Below, piece after piece: positions 1-6,625 of a DNA stretch of 12,695 nt. Within the stretch, counting starts at the first letter, position 1, and the number at the start of each line of letters is the position of its first letter. The translations under genes were made by a program, and so were the position numbers. Source of the stretch: an uncultured Nitrospinaceae bacterium (lineage in GTDB: Bacteria > UBA8248); contig CAXFSR010000044.1 of the NCBI GenBank assembly GCA_964005815.1, positions 1-12,695 on the forward strand, in the 5' to 3' direction. The notes beneath the pieces are model-generated. The model worked only from the letters and a program-made list of their open reading frames with translations. It searched no databases and had not been told where the DNA came from.

Positions 1-33
1 AAATTTGACGAATTTATAAAAAGAAGAATTTAA
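1..33 (+). CDS. Possible 3' end of an upstream gene (KFDEFIKRRI*), product unknown
   Basis: Frame 1 is open from the window edge to TAA at 31-33, directly abutting the tRNA 3' end. Only 11 codons are visible, so this could be chance. Confidence 0.25.
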   Translation, partial: KFDEFIKRRI

Positions 34-110
<77 letters not shown>

Positions 111-253
111 ACTTTCTTTAGTAATTACAGTTTTATTCTACGCAATGAACATATCAAAAGACATCAAGAAAAAAAACTAATCAAATAGTATTTTCAATAA
201 AAACAACGTATTCAAACCCTCAATTTATAAGCAAATATACAAAAATTTCATAA

Positions 254-340
254 AATGTCTATTCATTGTCTATATAATTTAAAAAAAGTGTTGACTTTGT
301 CTATATTATATGGCATTAATATAGACAGTAGTTAGACATT
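254..340. promoter_or_regulatory. Promoter/operator of the DUF378-fasciclin cluster: TGTCTA/TAGACA boxes with a perfect 11-bp dyad (CarH/LitR-like operator candidate)
   Basis: TGTCTA at 256, 267 and 298; TAGACA at 322 and 333 (each outer pair 11 bp apart). Perfect inverted repeat TGTCTATATTA (298-308)-N8-TAATATAGACA (317-327). A -35-like TTGACT lies at 291-296; the -10 is ambiguous. Regulator identity is inferred. Confidence 0.7.
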
Positions 341-373
341 ATTTATTTTATTTTATTAAGGAGGAACATTCAG

Positions 374-595
374 ATGAAAAAGGTCGACGTTTTAGCAGCA
401 GTATTATTAGTAGTTGGTGGTTTGAATTGGGGTCTAGTAGGTGCATTTAATTTTGATTTAGTAGCAGCAATTTTCGGGAAAATGAGCGCTATGAGTAAAG
501 TAGTATACATTCTTGTAGGACTTGCCGCACTTTATCAAGGTCTTGGAATAAAAGGAATAAAACAAAGATGGGGAGTACAAAGTTCCGCAAGTTAA
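374..595 (+). CDS. DUF378 (YuzA-like) small membrane protein
   Basis: Signature VVGGLNWGLVGAFNFDLVAAIFG...VYILVGLAALY, two hydrophobic segments, strong RBS AAGGAGG at 358-364. Confidence 0.9.
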   Translation: MKKVDVLAAVLLVVGGLNWGLVGAFNFDLVAAIFGKMSAMSKVVYILVGLAALYQGLGIKGIKQRWGVQSSAS

Positions 596-634
596 GGAGT
601 TGCATAATAGTATAAATTTTTTAGGAGAAAAAAA

Positions 635-736
635 ATGAACCAAAACAAAATAAATAGAATCATACTTTTTGCAGCATTTATTTCAAGCAATCTAAACGCA
701 TGTAAATCGATTCAGAGTAAGAAAATTAATAGTTAA
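635..736 (+). CDS. Putative 33-aa peptide with lipobox-like LNAC (micro-lipoprotein or truncated lipoprotein remnant)
   Basis: AGGAG at 623-627, ATG at 635, MNQNKINRIILFAAFISSNLNACKSIQSKKINS, TAA at 734-736. Fills the gap between DUF378 and fasciclin; below the ORF-track length cutoff. Confidence 0.45.
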   Translation: MNQNKINRIILFAAFISSNLNACKSIQSKKINS

Positions 737-760
737 ACATATTTAAACATGGAGAAAATG

Positions 761-1249
761 ATGAAAAGTAAGAATTTTTTAAAAATGATACTGCCTGTAA
801 TTGCAATAATAACATTTATAGGTACAAGTACTTACGCAGGCAATTATTCTAAAGATATTGTCGACACTGCAGTTTCCGCAGGAAAATTCAATACATTGGT
901 CAAAGCAATCAAAGCTGGAGGACTGGTAGAAACACTCAAAAGCGATGGTCCATTTACCGTTTTTGCTCCAACCGATGATGCTTTCGCAAAACTTCCTGCG
1001 GGAACTCTTCAAAGTTTATTGAAAAATACTAAAAAATTAAAAGCAATTCTTACATTTCACGTAGTAGCTGGAAAAGTTATGGCATCTGATGTTGTTAAAT
1101 TAAAATCAGTTAAAACCGTTCATGGAAATACAATCAGCATAAGCACAAAGAATGGAGTAAAGGTTGAAAATGCAAAAGTAATAGCAACTGATATCAAAGC
1201 ATCAAATGGAGTTATTCACATTATAGATTCGGTTATTTTACCGAATTAA
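761..1249 (+). CDS. Secreted fasciclin (FAS1) domain protein, Nex18/MPB70-like
   Basis: N-terminal signal peptide ending in TYA, then FAS1 motifs [26 protein letters not shown] and [18 protein letters not shown] at 751-754 favours ATG 761 (or 758) over 749. Confidence 0.93.
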   Translation: MKSKNFLKMILPVIAIITFIGTSTYAGNYSKDIVDTAVSAGKFNTLVKAIKAGGLVETLKSDGPFTVFAPTDDAFAKLPAGTLQSLLKNTKKLKAILTFHVVAGKVMASDVVKLKSVKTVHGNTISISTKNGVKVENAKVIATDIKASNGVIHIIDSVILPN

Positions 1250-1256
1250 CCCCCGT

Positions 1257-1331
1257 TCCTCCTTACTCAGCCTATTGGTTAGGTTGGGGACCCTTGCTGG
1301 CTACTGACCCGGCCAGTCAGGGTTTGGAGGA
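1257..1331 (+). other. GC-rich intergenic three-way-junction RNA structure candidate
   Basis: TCCTCC (1257-1262) pairs with GGAGGA (1326-1331). It encloses hairpin CTCAGCCTA/TAGGTTGGG (1266-1288) and hairpin ACCCT-GCTGGC/GCCAGT-AGGGT (1290-1323). No U-tract follows. Confidence 0.45.
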
Positions 1332-1346
1332 TTTAAATATTTTGAG

Positions 1347-1553
1347 GTGAAAATGTTAGAAGTACTCAAGAAAATGTATGAAGCTGAAATTGAGAAAGCT
1401 AGAGCAAATATTAGTATCTTTTTAGAAAATCCTGCAGGAATAGGAGATCATTCGGATATTATAGGAGCAATGGACGAACAAGTTGTAAAATTATGCGATG
1501 CCTCAGGTAAATTAGAATCGTTGGAAAAACACTTTGAAAAAATAGAAATTTAA
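1347..1553 (+). CDS. Small helical hypothetical protein with NPAGIGDH motif, resembling a conserved hypothetical family of marine T4-like phages
   Basis: Clean ORF; start is GTG 1347 or ATG 1353 (GAGGTG at 1344-1349). Pattern A-x-IEK-x-x-AN-[IV]-x-[IV]-[FY]L-x-NPAGIG-[DE]-HS-x-I is recognised from memory, not from a search. Confidence 0.75.
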   Translation: MKMLEVLKKMYEAEIEKARANISIFLENPAGIGDHSDIIGAMDEQVVKLCDASGKLESLEKHFEKIEI

Positions 1554-1569
1554 TCCTATGAAATTAGTA

Positions 1570-1616
1570 AAGGCGGGCACCGAGTTGATTTATCAAACAT
1601 ACTCAGCACCCGCCTT
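1570..1616 (-). terminator. Stem-loop between convergent genes, probably terminating or stabilising the PII transcript
   Basis: AAGGCGGGCACCGAGT (1570-1585) and ACTCAGCACCCGCCTT (1601-1616). The three plus-strand mismatches become G-U pairs on the minus strand, giving a continuous 16-bp stem followed by U-rich sequence. Confidence 0.65.
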
Positions 1617-1660
1617 GTATGCAGGTCATGCAATCTACAGAAGAAGGTTTTTTTAATTAT

Positions 1661-1999
1661 TTAGATTGCTTCTTTTCCTTTCTCTCCAGTTCTTATTCGT
1701 ATACATTCTTCTAATTTTTGAATATAAATTTTTCCATCTCCTATCTTTTCAGTATTTGCTGATGCTTGAATTGTTTCAATAATAGATTCTACGTACTCAT
1801 CAGATGATAAAATTTCAATTTTTATTTTAGGCAATACATCCACTTCATATTCACTCCCCCTATAAGTTTCTGTATGACCCTTCTGTCTTCCAAAACCCTT
1901 AACTTCAGAAATTGTCATTCCAGCAACACCTGATTTAATTAGTGCTCCTTTAACATCTTCAAATTTATGTGGCTTAATAATAGTGGTAACTAATAGCAT
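1661..1999 (-). CDS. glnB: Nitrogen regulatory protein PII (GlnB/GlnK family), 112 aa
   Basis: IIKP, GFGRQKG, T-loop YRGSEY51, LPK58, IGDGKI and IRIRTGE motifs. True start is ATG at 1999 (RBS GAGAGGA upstream), not 2089. glnB versus glnK cannot be resolved firmly; no amtB is adjacent. Confidence 0.95.
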   Translation of the reverse strand: MLLVTTIIKPHKFEDVKGALIKSGVAGMTISEVKGFGRQKGHTETYRGSEYEVDVLPKIKIEILSSDEYVESIIETIQASANTEKIGDGKIYIQKLEECIRIRTGEKGKEAI

Positions 2000-2236
2000 G
2001 TTTTTTATCCTCTCTAATAGATGATTGTCCCATAAATAATCGCTTTCACTACATTCCAATCCACAAGCGAAATTAAAAAAAATTGACACAAAAATACAGG
2101 GGAAATATTTCGGAAAAATTAGAGAGTTATTACTTTTAAATTAAAGATATGTTTCAAAAATATTTCATCATTGAGTAAATTTGAATTTTTCCAATTAACA
2201 AATACTTCACTATGTATAGGAACTGGATATTTCACA

Positions 2237-3058
2237 TCATGTTTCTATACACATCAAATCTTTTCCGGCTATTATCTTACCGTCATAATACTTCGAAATT
2301 TCTTCAAAAGCTTCTCCGTTCGAAGTAATAGGAGGTATAATATGAGAAAAAACTAAGGTCTTCACGCCCGCTTTTTTGGCTACGATAGAAATTTCCTCAG
2401 CCGTGGCATGATGACCAATAACCAAATCTGAAAATGAATTCCTAATCCCATATTTGTCATACATATGTGGAACACAAAAATGTGCGAGCAAAATATTTGT
2501 GCCATGAGATAGACGAGTAAGTTCCTCTGTGGGATGACCATCACTGGCAATAACTATTGAATCTTCTTCAAAATCAAATCTATATGAAAGGATTTCATCT
2601 ACATTCCCGTGAACTGTTCCTTTTTCGACAGATACAGTCATATAATCTACGTCAAATCCGTCTCCTGGAAAAAGACTTTTTGCCTCTATCTCAGTTCCCG
2701 CCCTAGTGTGTGTTCCTTCACGAACACGAAGATCGATATCATATTCATAATAATCAAGCATTTTTGAAACAATTTTTTTCACTGGAGGAGGACCCCATAC
2801 TTGAAGTGGTTTTTTTGCCCCAGTAAGCCAACGAGATATAAAAAAATCACCAAAACCCGAATAATGATCTGAATGAAAGTGTGTAAAAAAAAGCTGATCT
2901 ATTTCAGATAATTTAAAACCTGCTTTAACGACCTGTTGTGAGACATTCCGAGCTGCATCAACAAGATAAATCTTCCCGTTAGCGAAAATGCCATTTGCAG
3001 GACCATTCTTATCCTTATGAGGAGGGGGAGCCCCAGTTCCAAAAAGAATAAGTTCCAT
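2237..3058 (-). CDS. Metallo-beta-lactamase-fold hydrolase, RNase Z/AtsA (arylsulfatase/phosphodiesterase)-like
   Basis: N-terminal LFGTGAP, LVDA, metal motif THFHSDH, SDG, HAT and FSHIIP; RBS AGGAG upstream. Substrate cannot be determined from sequence. Confidence 0.88.
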   Translation of the reverse strand: MELILFGTGAPPPHKDKNGPANGIFANGKIYLVDAARNVSQQVVKAGFKLSEIDQLFFTHFHSDHYSGFGDFFISRWLTGAKKPLQVWGPPPVKKIVSKMLDYYEYDIDLRVREGTHTRAGTEIEAKSLFPGDGFDVDYMTVSVEKGTVHGNVDEILSYRFDFEEDSIVIASDGHPTEELTRLSHGTNILLAHFCVPHMYDKYGIRNSFSDLVIGHHATAEEISIVAKKAGVKTLVFSHIIPPITSNGEAFEEISKYYDGKIIAGKDLMCIET

Positions 3059-3277
3059 CTTGACTCCTAAAAATTTACTAGTTCTCGTAATTATGTATTT
3101 TCGCTAATGTTTCATTAAAATCTAATGATCTTTAAAAAGCAAATTATTAAATAGAATCAAACATCTAAAGAGTCCCTTTAAAAAAACTACCCACTGGATT
3201 TTATCGGTTTTTTTTGATTAAATAACACTTAGGAAAACACAAACATATTCATTAAACTTCTTAAAAGGGGATTTGTA

Positions 3278-4243
3278 ATGAAAAATATATGGAAGCTCGT
3301 TCTTTCAACTGCATTCGTGATTGTTTTTGCCGGTACTACCGTACCTGCACACGGCGCAAAATTTCTAGTAATAGGTGGTGGTTCAACCACCGGCGTATAT
3401 TATCAGGTTGCCTTAAACGTTTGTAAAATTGTAAACCAAAAACTAAAAGGCGCAGGATACAATTGTATTGGTCGTCCAGCTCTAGGTTCCGTCTTTAATA
3501 TTAACGCTATTAAACGAGGACTATTGAATTTTGGTGTCGCTCAGTCAGATAGACACTGGCAGGCATATAACGGTTCCGCTAACTGGAAAGGAAAAGCATA
3601 TAAAGGACTACGAAGTGTCTTTAGTGCACATCCAGAGACCATTATGCTTGTTGCAAGAGCTAGTTCCGGAATTAAAAAAGTTTCAGATCTTAAAGGACGC
3701 CGCGTTAATATTGGAAATCCTGGTTCAGGACAAAGAGGAAATGCTAAAGACATTCTAAGAATTTACGGCATTGACCGAAATAAGGATATAAAAGCTCAGG
3801 GTCTTCAACAAAATGAGGCAAATAGAGCTCTAGTAGACAAGAAAATTGATGCATTCTTTTATACAGTCGGAAATCCATGGGGTGGAGGTCTTGAAATTGC
3901 AAATAGTACTGGAATTAGAATTATACCGGTAAATTCTTCTGGAATTCAAAAACTCGTTTCATCAAAACCTTATTATGTAATGACTGCAATCCCGGGTGGA
4001 ATCTATAAAGGAGTTAACAAAGACGTGCCAACGTATGCGGTTAAAGCCACCTTTGTCACCGGAAACAAAGAACCTAACGATGTTGTATATAATGTTGTAA
4101 AAACAATTTTTGACAATCTAGATAGTTTCCGCGCAACTCACCCAGCGTTTAAATACCTTAAACCTAAAGATATGCTTGGTGGTAATTCTGCACCATTTCA
4201 CCCAGGTGCTTTGCGATACTATAAAGAAAAAGGATGGAAATAA
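3278..4243 (+). CDS. TAXI-family TRAP transporter solute-binding subunit
   Basis: Signal peptide ending in AHG-A; GVYY, GSVFNI, AQSD, DLKGRRVNIGNPGSG, IDAFFYTVG and APFHPGALRYYKEKG are typical of TAXI receptors; RBS AGGGG. Confidence 0.95.
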   Translation: MKNIWKLVLSTAFVIVFAGTTVPAHGAKFLVIGGGSTTGVYYQVALNVCKIVNQKLKGAGYNCIGRPALGSVFNINAIKRGLLNFGVAQSDRHWQAYNGSANWKGKAYKGLRSVFSAHPETIMLVARASSGIKKVSDLKGRRVNIGNPGSGQRGNAKDILRIYGIDRNKDIKAQGLQQNEANRALVDKKIDAFFYTVGNPWGGGLEIANSTGIRIIPVNSSGIQKLVSSKPYYVMTAIPGGIYKGVNKDVPTYAVKATFVTGNKEPNDVVYNVVKTIFDNLDSFRATHPAFKYLKPKDMLGGNSAPFHPGALRYYKEKGWK

Positions 4244-4265
4244 AACTTCATAACTTTTAAAATTC

Positions 4266-4302
4266 AGGCGGGGTGATTTATATCATCCCGCCTTATTTTT
4301 TT
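4266..4302 (+). terminator. Intrinsic terminator-like hairpin between the binding-protein and permease genes
   Basis: AGGCGGGGTGAT-TTAT-ATCATCCCGCCT (12-bp stem with one G-U pair) followed by TATTTTTTT. Confidence 0.8.
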
Positions 4303-4338
4303 ATATTAAAATTGGAGAGATGGCTAAGAAAATCTTAA

Positions 4339-6504
4339 TTGGAATGTATGAGGGATCTTCTTACTTCATCTAAAAATCAATTGAAGGAAAATGCAGAACA
4401 AATCACACTCGAAACTGGTATCAGAACAAGAAAAGTCTGGTTTATCTCTTCAATCGCATTTTTCTGGTCCATTTTTCAGTTATATATAGCGTATACACCT
4501 ATTGATGCAATTAAAGCTAGAAATGTGCACCTTGCATTTGCCATCGTAATGGTTTTTTTCTCTTTCCCAAGAAATAAAAATATTTCATCTTCGAAATTGA
4601 AATCAATTCCCTGGAATGATTATTTCTTAGCATTTTTGGGTTTTTGCGGAGCATTATATGTTACTTGGGATTATCAAGGAGTTTTTGTAGACAGGGCAGG
4701 GCTTCCAAATAATTTGGATATGATAGTTGGCTCAATTTTTATATTAATTCTATTGGAAGCGGCAAGAAGATCTATAGGCCCCGCTCTCCCAATCTTAGCA
4801 ATTATATTTATTATTTATATATTTAATGGAACATTCTTGCCTAGATATCTCGCACATGATGGAGCAATTGATCTGCGTTCTTTGAACCGTGCTGTAGGTC
4901 ATATGTTTATGAGTTCTGACGGCGTTTGGGGAGTCCCTCTTTGGGTTTCCACAAGTTATGTTTTTCTTTTTGTGCTATTTGGATCTTTGCTGGAAAAAGC
5001 TGGAGCTGCAAATTACTTTGTTCAGGTTGCATTTGCGGCCCTAGGACGCTTTCGTGGCGGGCCCGCAAAAGCAGCAGTAGTAGCATCTGGTATGACTGGG
5101 CTAGTTTCTGGATCTTCTATTGCAAATGTAGCAACGACAGGTACCTTTACGATTCCCTTGATGAAAAAAGTGGGGTTGCCTGCGTATAAAGCAGGAGCTG
5201 TCGAAGTTGGTGCGAGCACTAATGGACAACTCATGCCGCCAGTAATGGGTGCCGCTGCTTTTATTATGGCTGAGTTTCTAGGATTAGCTTATTTAGATAT
5301 TATTCGCGCTGCTATTCTACCAGCCTTGCTATCTTACCTTGCTCTGTTTTATGTTATTCACTTAGAAGCAATAAAACTTAATCTTAAACCACTAAAATCG
5401 AATGAAATTCCACCTTTTTGGAAAACCTTTTTCTCAGGAATTCATTATCTAATTCCAATTTTGATATTGATCTACACACTCGCAATAGAACGTATGTCAG
5501 CAGTAGAATCAGCACTTCGAGCGGTAGTTCTAACAATAGTTATCATTTTATTCCAGGGGCCTATAAAAAGTATTGTGCGAGAAATTCGTAAAATAAAAAA
5601 TGAAACACAAATTGAAAGATTTCCAAATTTTATCCAAAACGCAATTTCTGAAAATTTAATTAGAATCATCAAGGCTTCAATTTCGGGATTAATAATTAGC
5701 TTTGAAGAAACAATCCAAGGTTTAATTTCGGGCGCTAAAAATATGATGGGTATTGGAGTCGCAACAGCCGCGGCAGGAATTATTGTAGGAACTGTCACTC
5801 TTACTGGACTAAGTGGACGATTTATAGAGTTAATTGAAATTATATCCTTAGGCAACGTTGTACTTATGCTCCTATTGACTGCTCTCTGTAGTCTTGTTTT
5901 AGGGATGGGGCTTCCAACAACCGCTAATTATATAGTGATGGCTACTTTAACAGCTCCTGTAATTGTCGCATTAGGCGGAAAATCCGGACTTGTAGTACCA
6001 ATGTTAGCAGCACATCTCTTTGTTTTTTATTTCGGAATTTTAGCTGATGATACTCCTCCTGTAGGTCTAGCTGCATTTGCTGCTTCTGCTATCGCTAAAT
6101 CCGATCCCATACAGACTGGCATTCAGGGTTTCGTTTATGATTTAAGAACAGCAATCCTCCCTTTTGTTTTTATTTTCAATTTGGAAATCCTTATGATTGG
6201 AGGATTGACTGAACAAGGAAAAATAATTTGGATTAATGATATTTTTAAAATTGGATGGATTTGCCTCTCTGCACTTGTCGCAATGTTTGCATTTGCTTCT
6301 GCCTTACAAGGTTTTTTTGCTGACAGATGTAATGTCTTAGAAAGAATTTCACTTGTTTTAATTTGCCTGTCATCATTTCGACCTCTAATTTTCACAGATC
6401 TTACTGGGATCCCCAGGGAATTTGTTCAATTAATTGCCATGATTCTTTTCGGAATACTTTATACAATACAGAAAAAAAGGCAGCTTTTAGAAAAGACTAG
6501 ATGA
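4339..6504 (+). CDS. TRAP transporter fused permease (4TM/12TM DctQM fusion, TAXI type)
   Basis: LLEAARR, GGPAKAAVVASG, SGSSIANV, GQLMPPVMGAAAFIMAE, LGMGLPTTANY and HLFVFYFGILADDTPPV; highly hydrophobic. Start uncertain (TTG 4339, ATG 4348 or TTG 4381). Confidence 0.95.
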   Translation: MECMRDLLTSSKNQLKENAEQITLETGIRTRKVWFISSIAFFWSIFQLYIAYTPIDAIKARNVHLAFAIVMVFFSFPRNKNISSSKLKSIPWNDYFLAFLGFCGALYVTWDYQGVFVDRAGLPNNLDMIVGSIFILILLEAARRSIGPALPILAIIFIIYIFNGTFLPRYLAHDGAIDLRSLNRAVGHMFMSSDGVWGVPLWVSTSYVFLFVLFGSLLEKAGAANYFVQVAFAALGRFRGGPAKAAVVASGMTGLVSGSSIANVATTGTFTIPLMKKVGLPAYKAGAVEVGASTNGQLMPPVMGAAAFIMAEFLGLAYLDIIRAAILPALLSYLALFYVIHLEAIKLNLKPLKSNEIPPFWKTFFSGIHYLIPILILIYTLAIERMSAVESALRAVVLTIVIILFQGPIKSIVREIRKIKNETQIERFPNFIQNAISENLIRIIKASISGLIISFEETIQGLISGAKNMMGIGVATAAAGIIVGTVTLTGLSGRFIELIEIISLGNVVLMLLLTALCSLVLGMGLPTTANYIVMATLTAPVIVALGGKSGLVVPMLAAHLFVFYFGILADDTPPVGLAAFAASAIAKSDPIQTGIQGFVYDLRTAILPFVFIFNLEILMIGGLTEQGKIIWINDIFKIGWICLSALVAMFAFASALQGFFADRCNVLERISLVLICLSSFRPLIFTDLTGIPREFVQLIAMILFGILYTIQKKRQLLEKTR

Positions 6505-6521
6505 AATCTTCCTTTTTCATG

Positions 6522-6550
6522 TTGGCTTTATGAGTATCATTTCTTATATT
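6522..6550 (+). promoter_or_regulatory. Candidate sigma70-type promoter for the crotonase/CoA-transferase pair
   Basis: TTGGCT (6522-6527)-N17-TATATT (6545-6550). The AT-rich background makes a chance match possible. Confidence 0.35.
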
Positions 6551-6625
6551 ACTAATTATAAACAAGTTTTTACCCTCGGAAAATATAGGTTTCGGAACAT
6601 ACATTCGTTGCTAGGAGATGTGTAA

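Noticed and set aside
458..1012. Minus-strand ORFs 458-643 and 779-1012
   Set aside because: Antisense shadows of DUF378 and fasciclin with no recognisable motifs.
2000..2089. 30-aa N-terminal extension on PII from the ORF track
   Set aside because: ATG 1999 has a good RBS and gives the canonical 112-aa length.
2083..2356. Plus-strand TTGACA-N17-TATTTC and the 61-aa ORF 2171-2356 antisense to the MBL hydrolase 3' end
   Set aside because: Weak -10, TTG start without RBS and no protein motif. Antisense transcription cannot be excluded but is unsupported.
3105..3117. Short dyad TAATG-TTT-CATTA in the divergent promoter region
   Set aside because: Only 5-bp arms in AT-rich DNA and no second copy; expected by chance.
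4320..4373. 17-aa ORF MAKKILIGMYEGSSYFI after GGAGAG, as a leader peptide or frameshifted permease start
   Set aside because: The SD-like sequence abuts the ATG with no usable spacing, and there is no slippery site or homology evidence.
3531..6395. Alternative-frame and antisense ORFs inside the TAXI and permease genes
   Set aside because: Fully overlap well-supported genes; typical codon-bias shadows.
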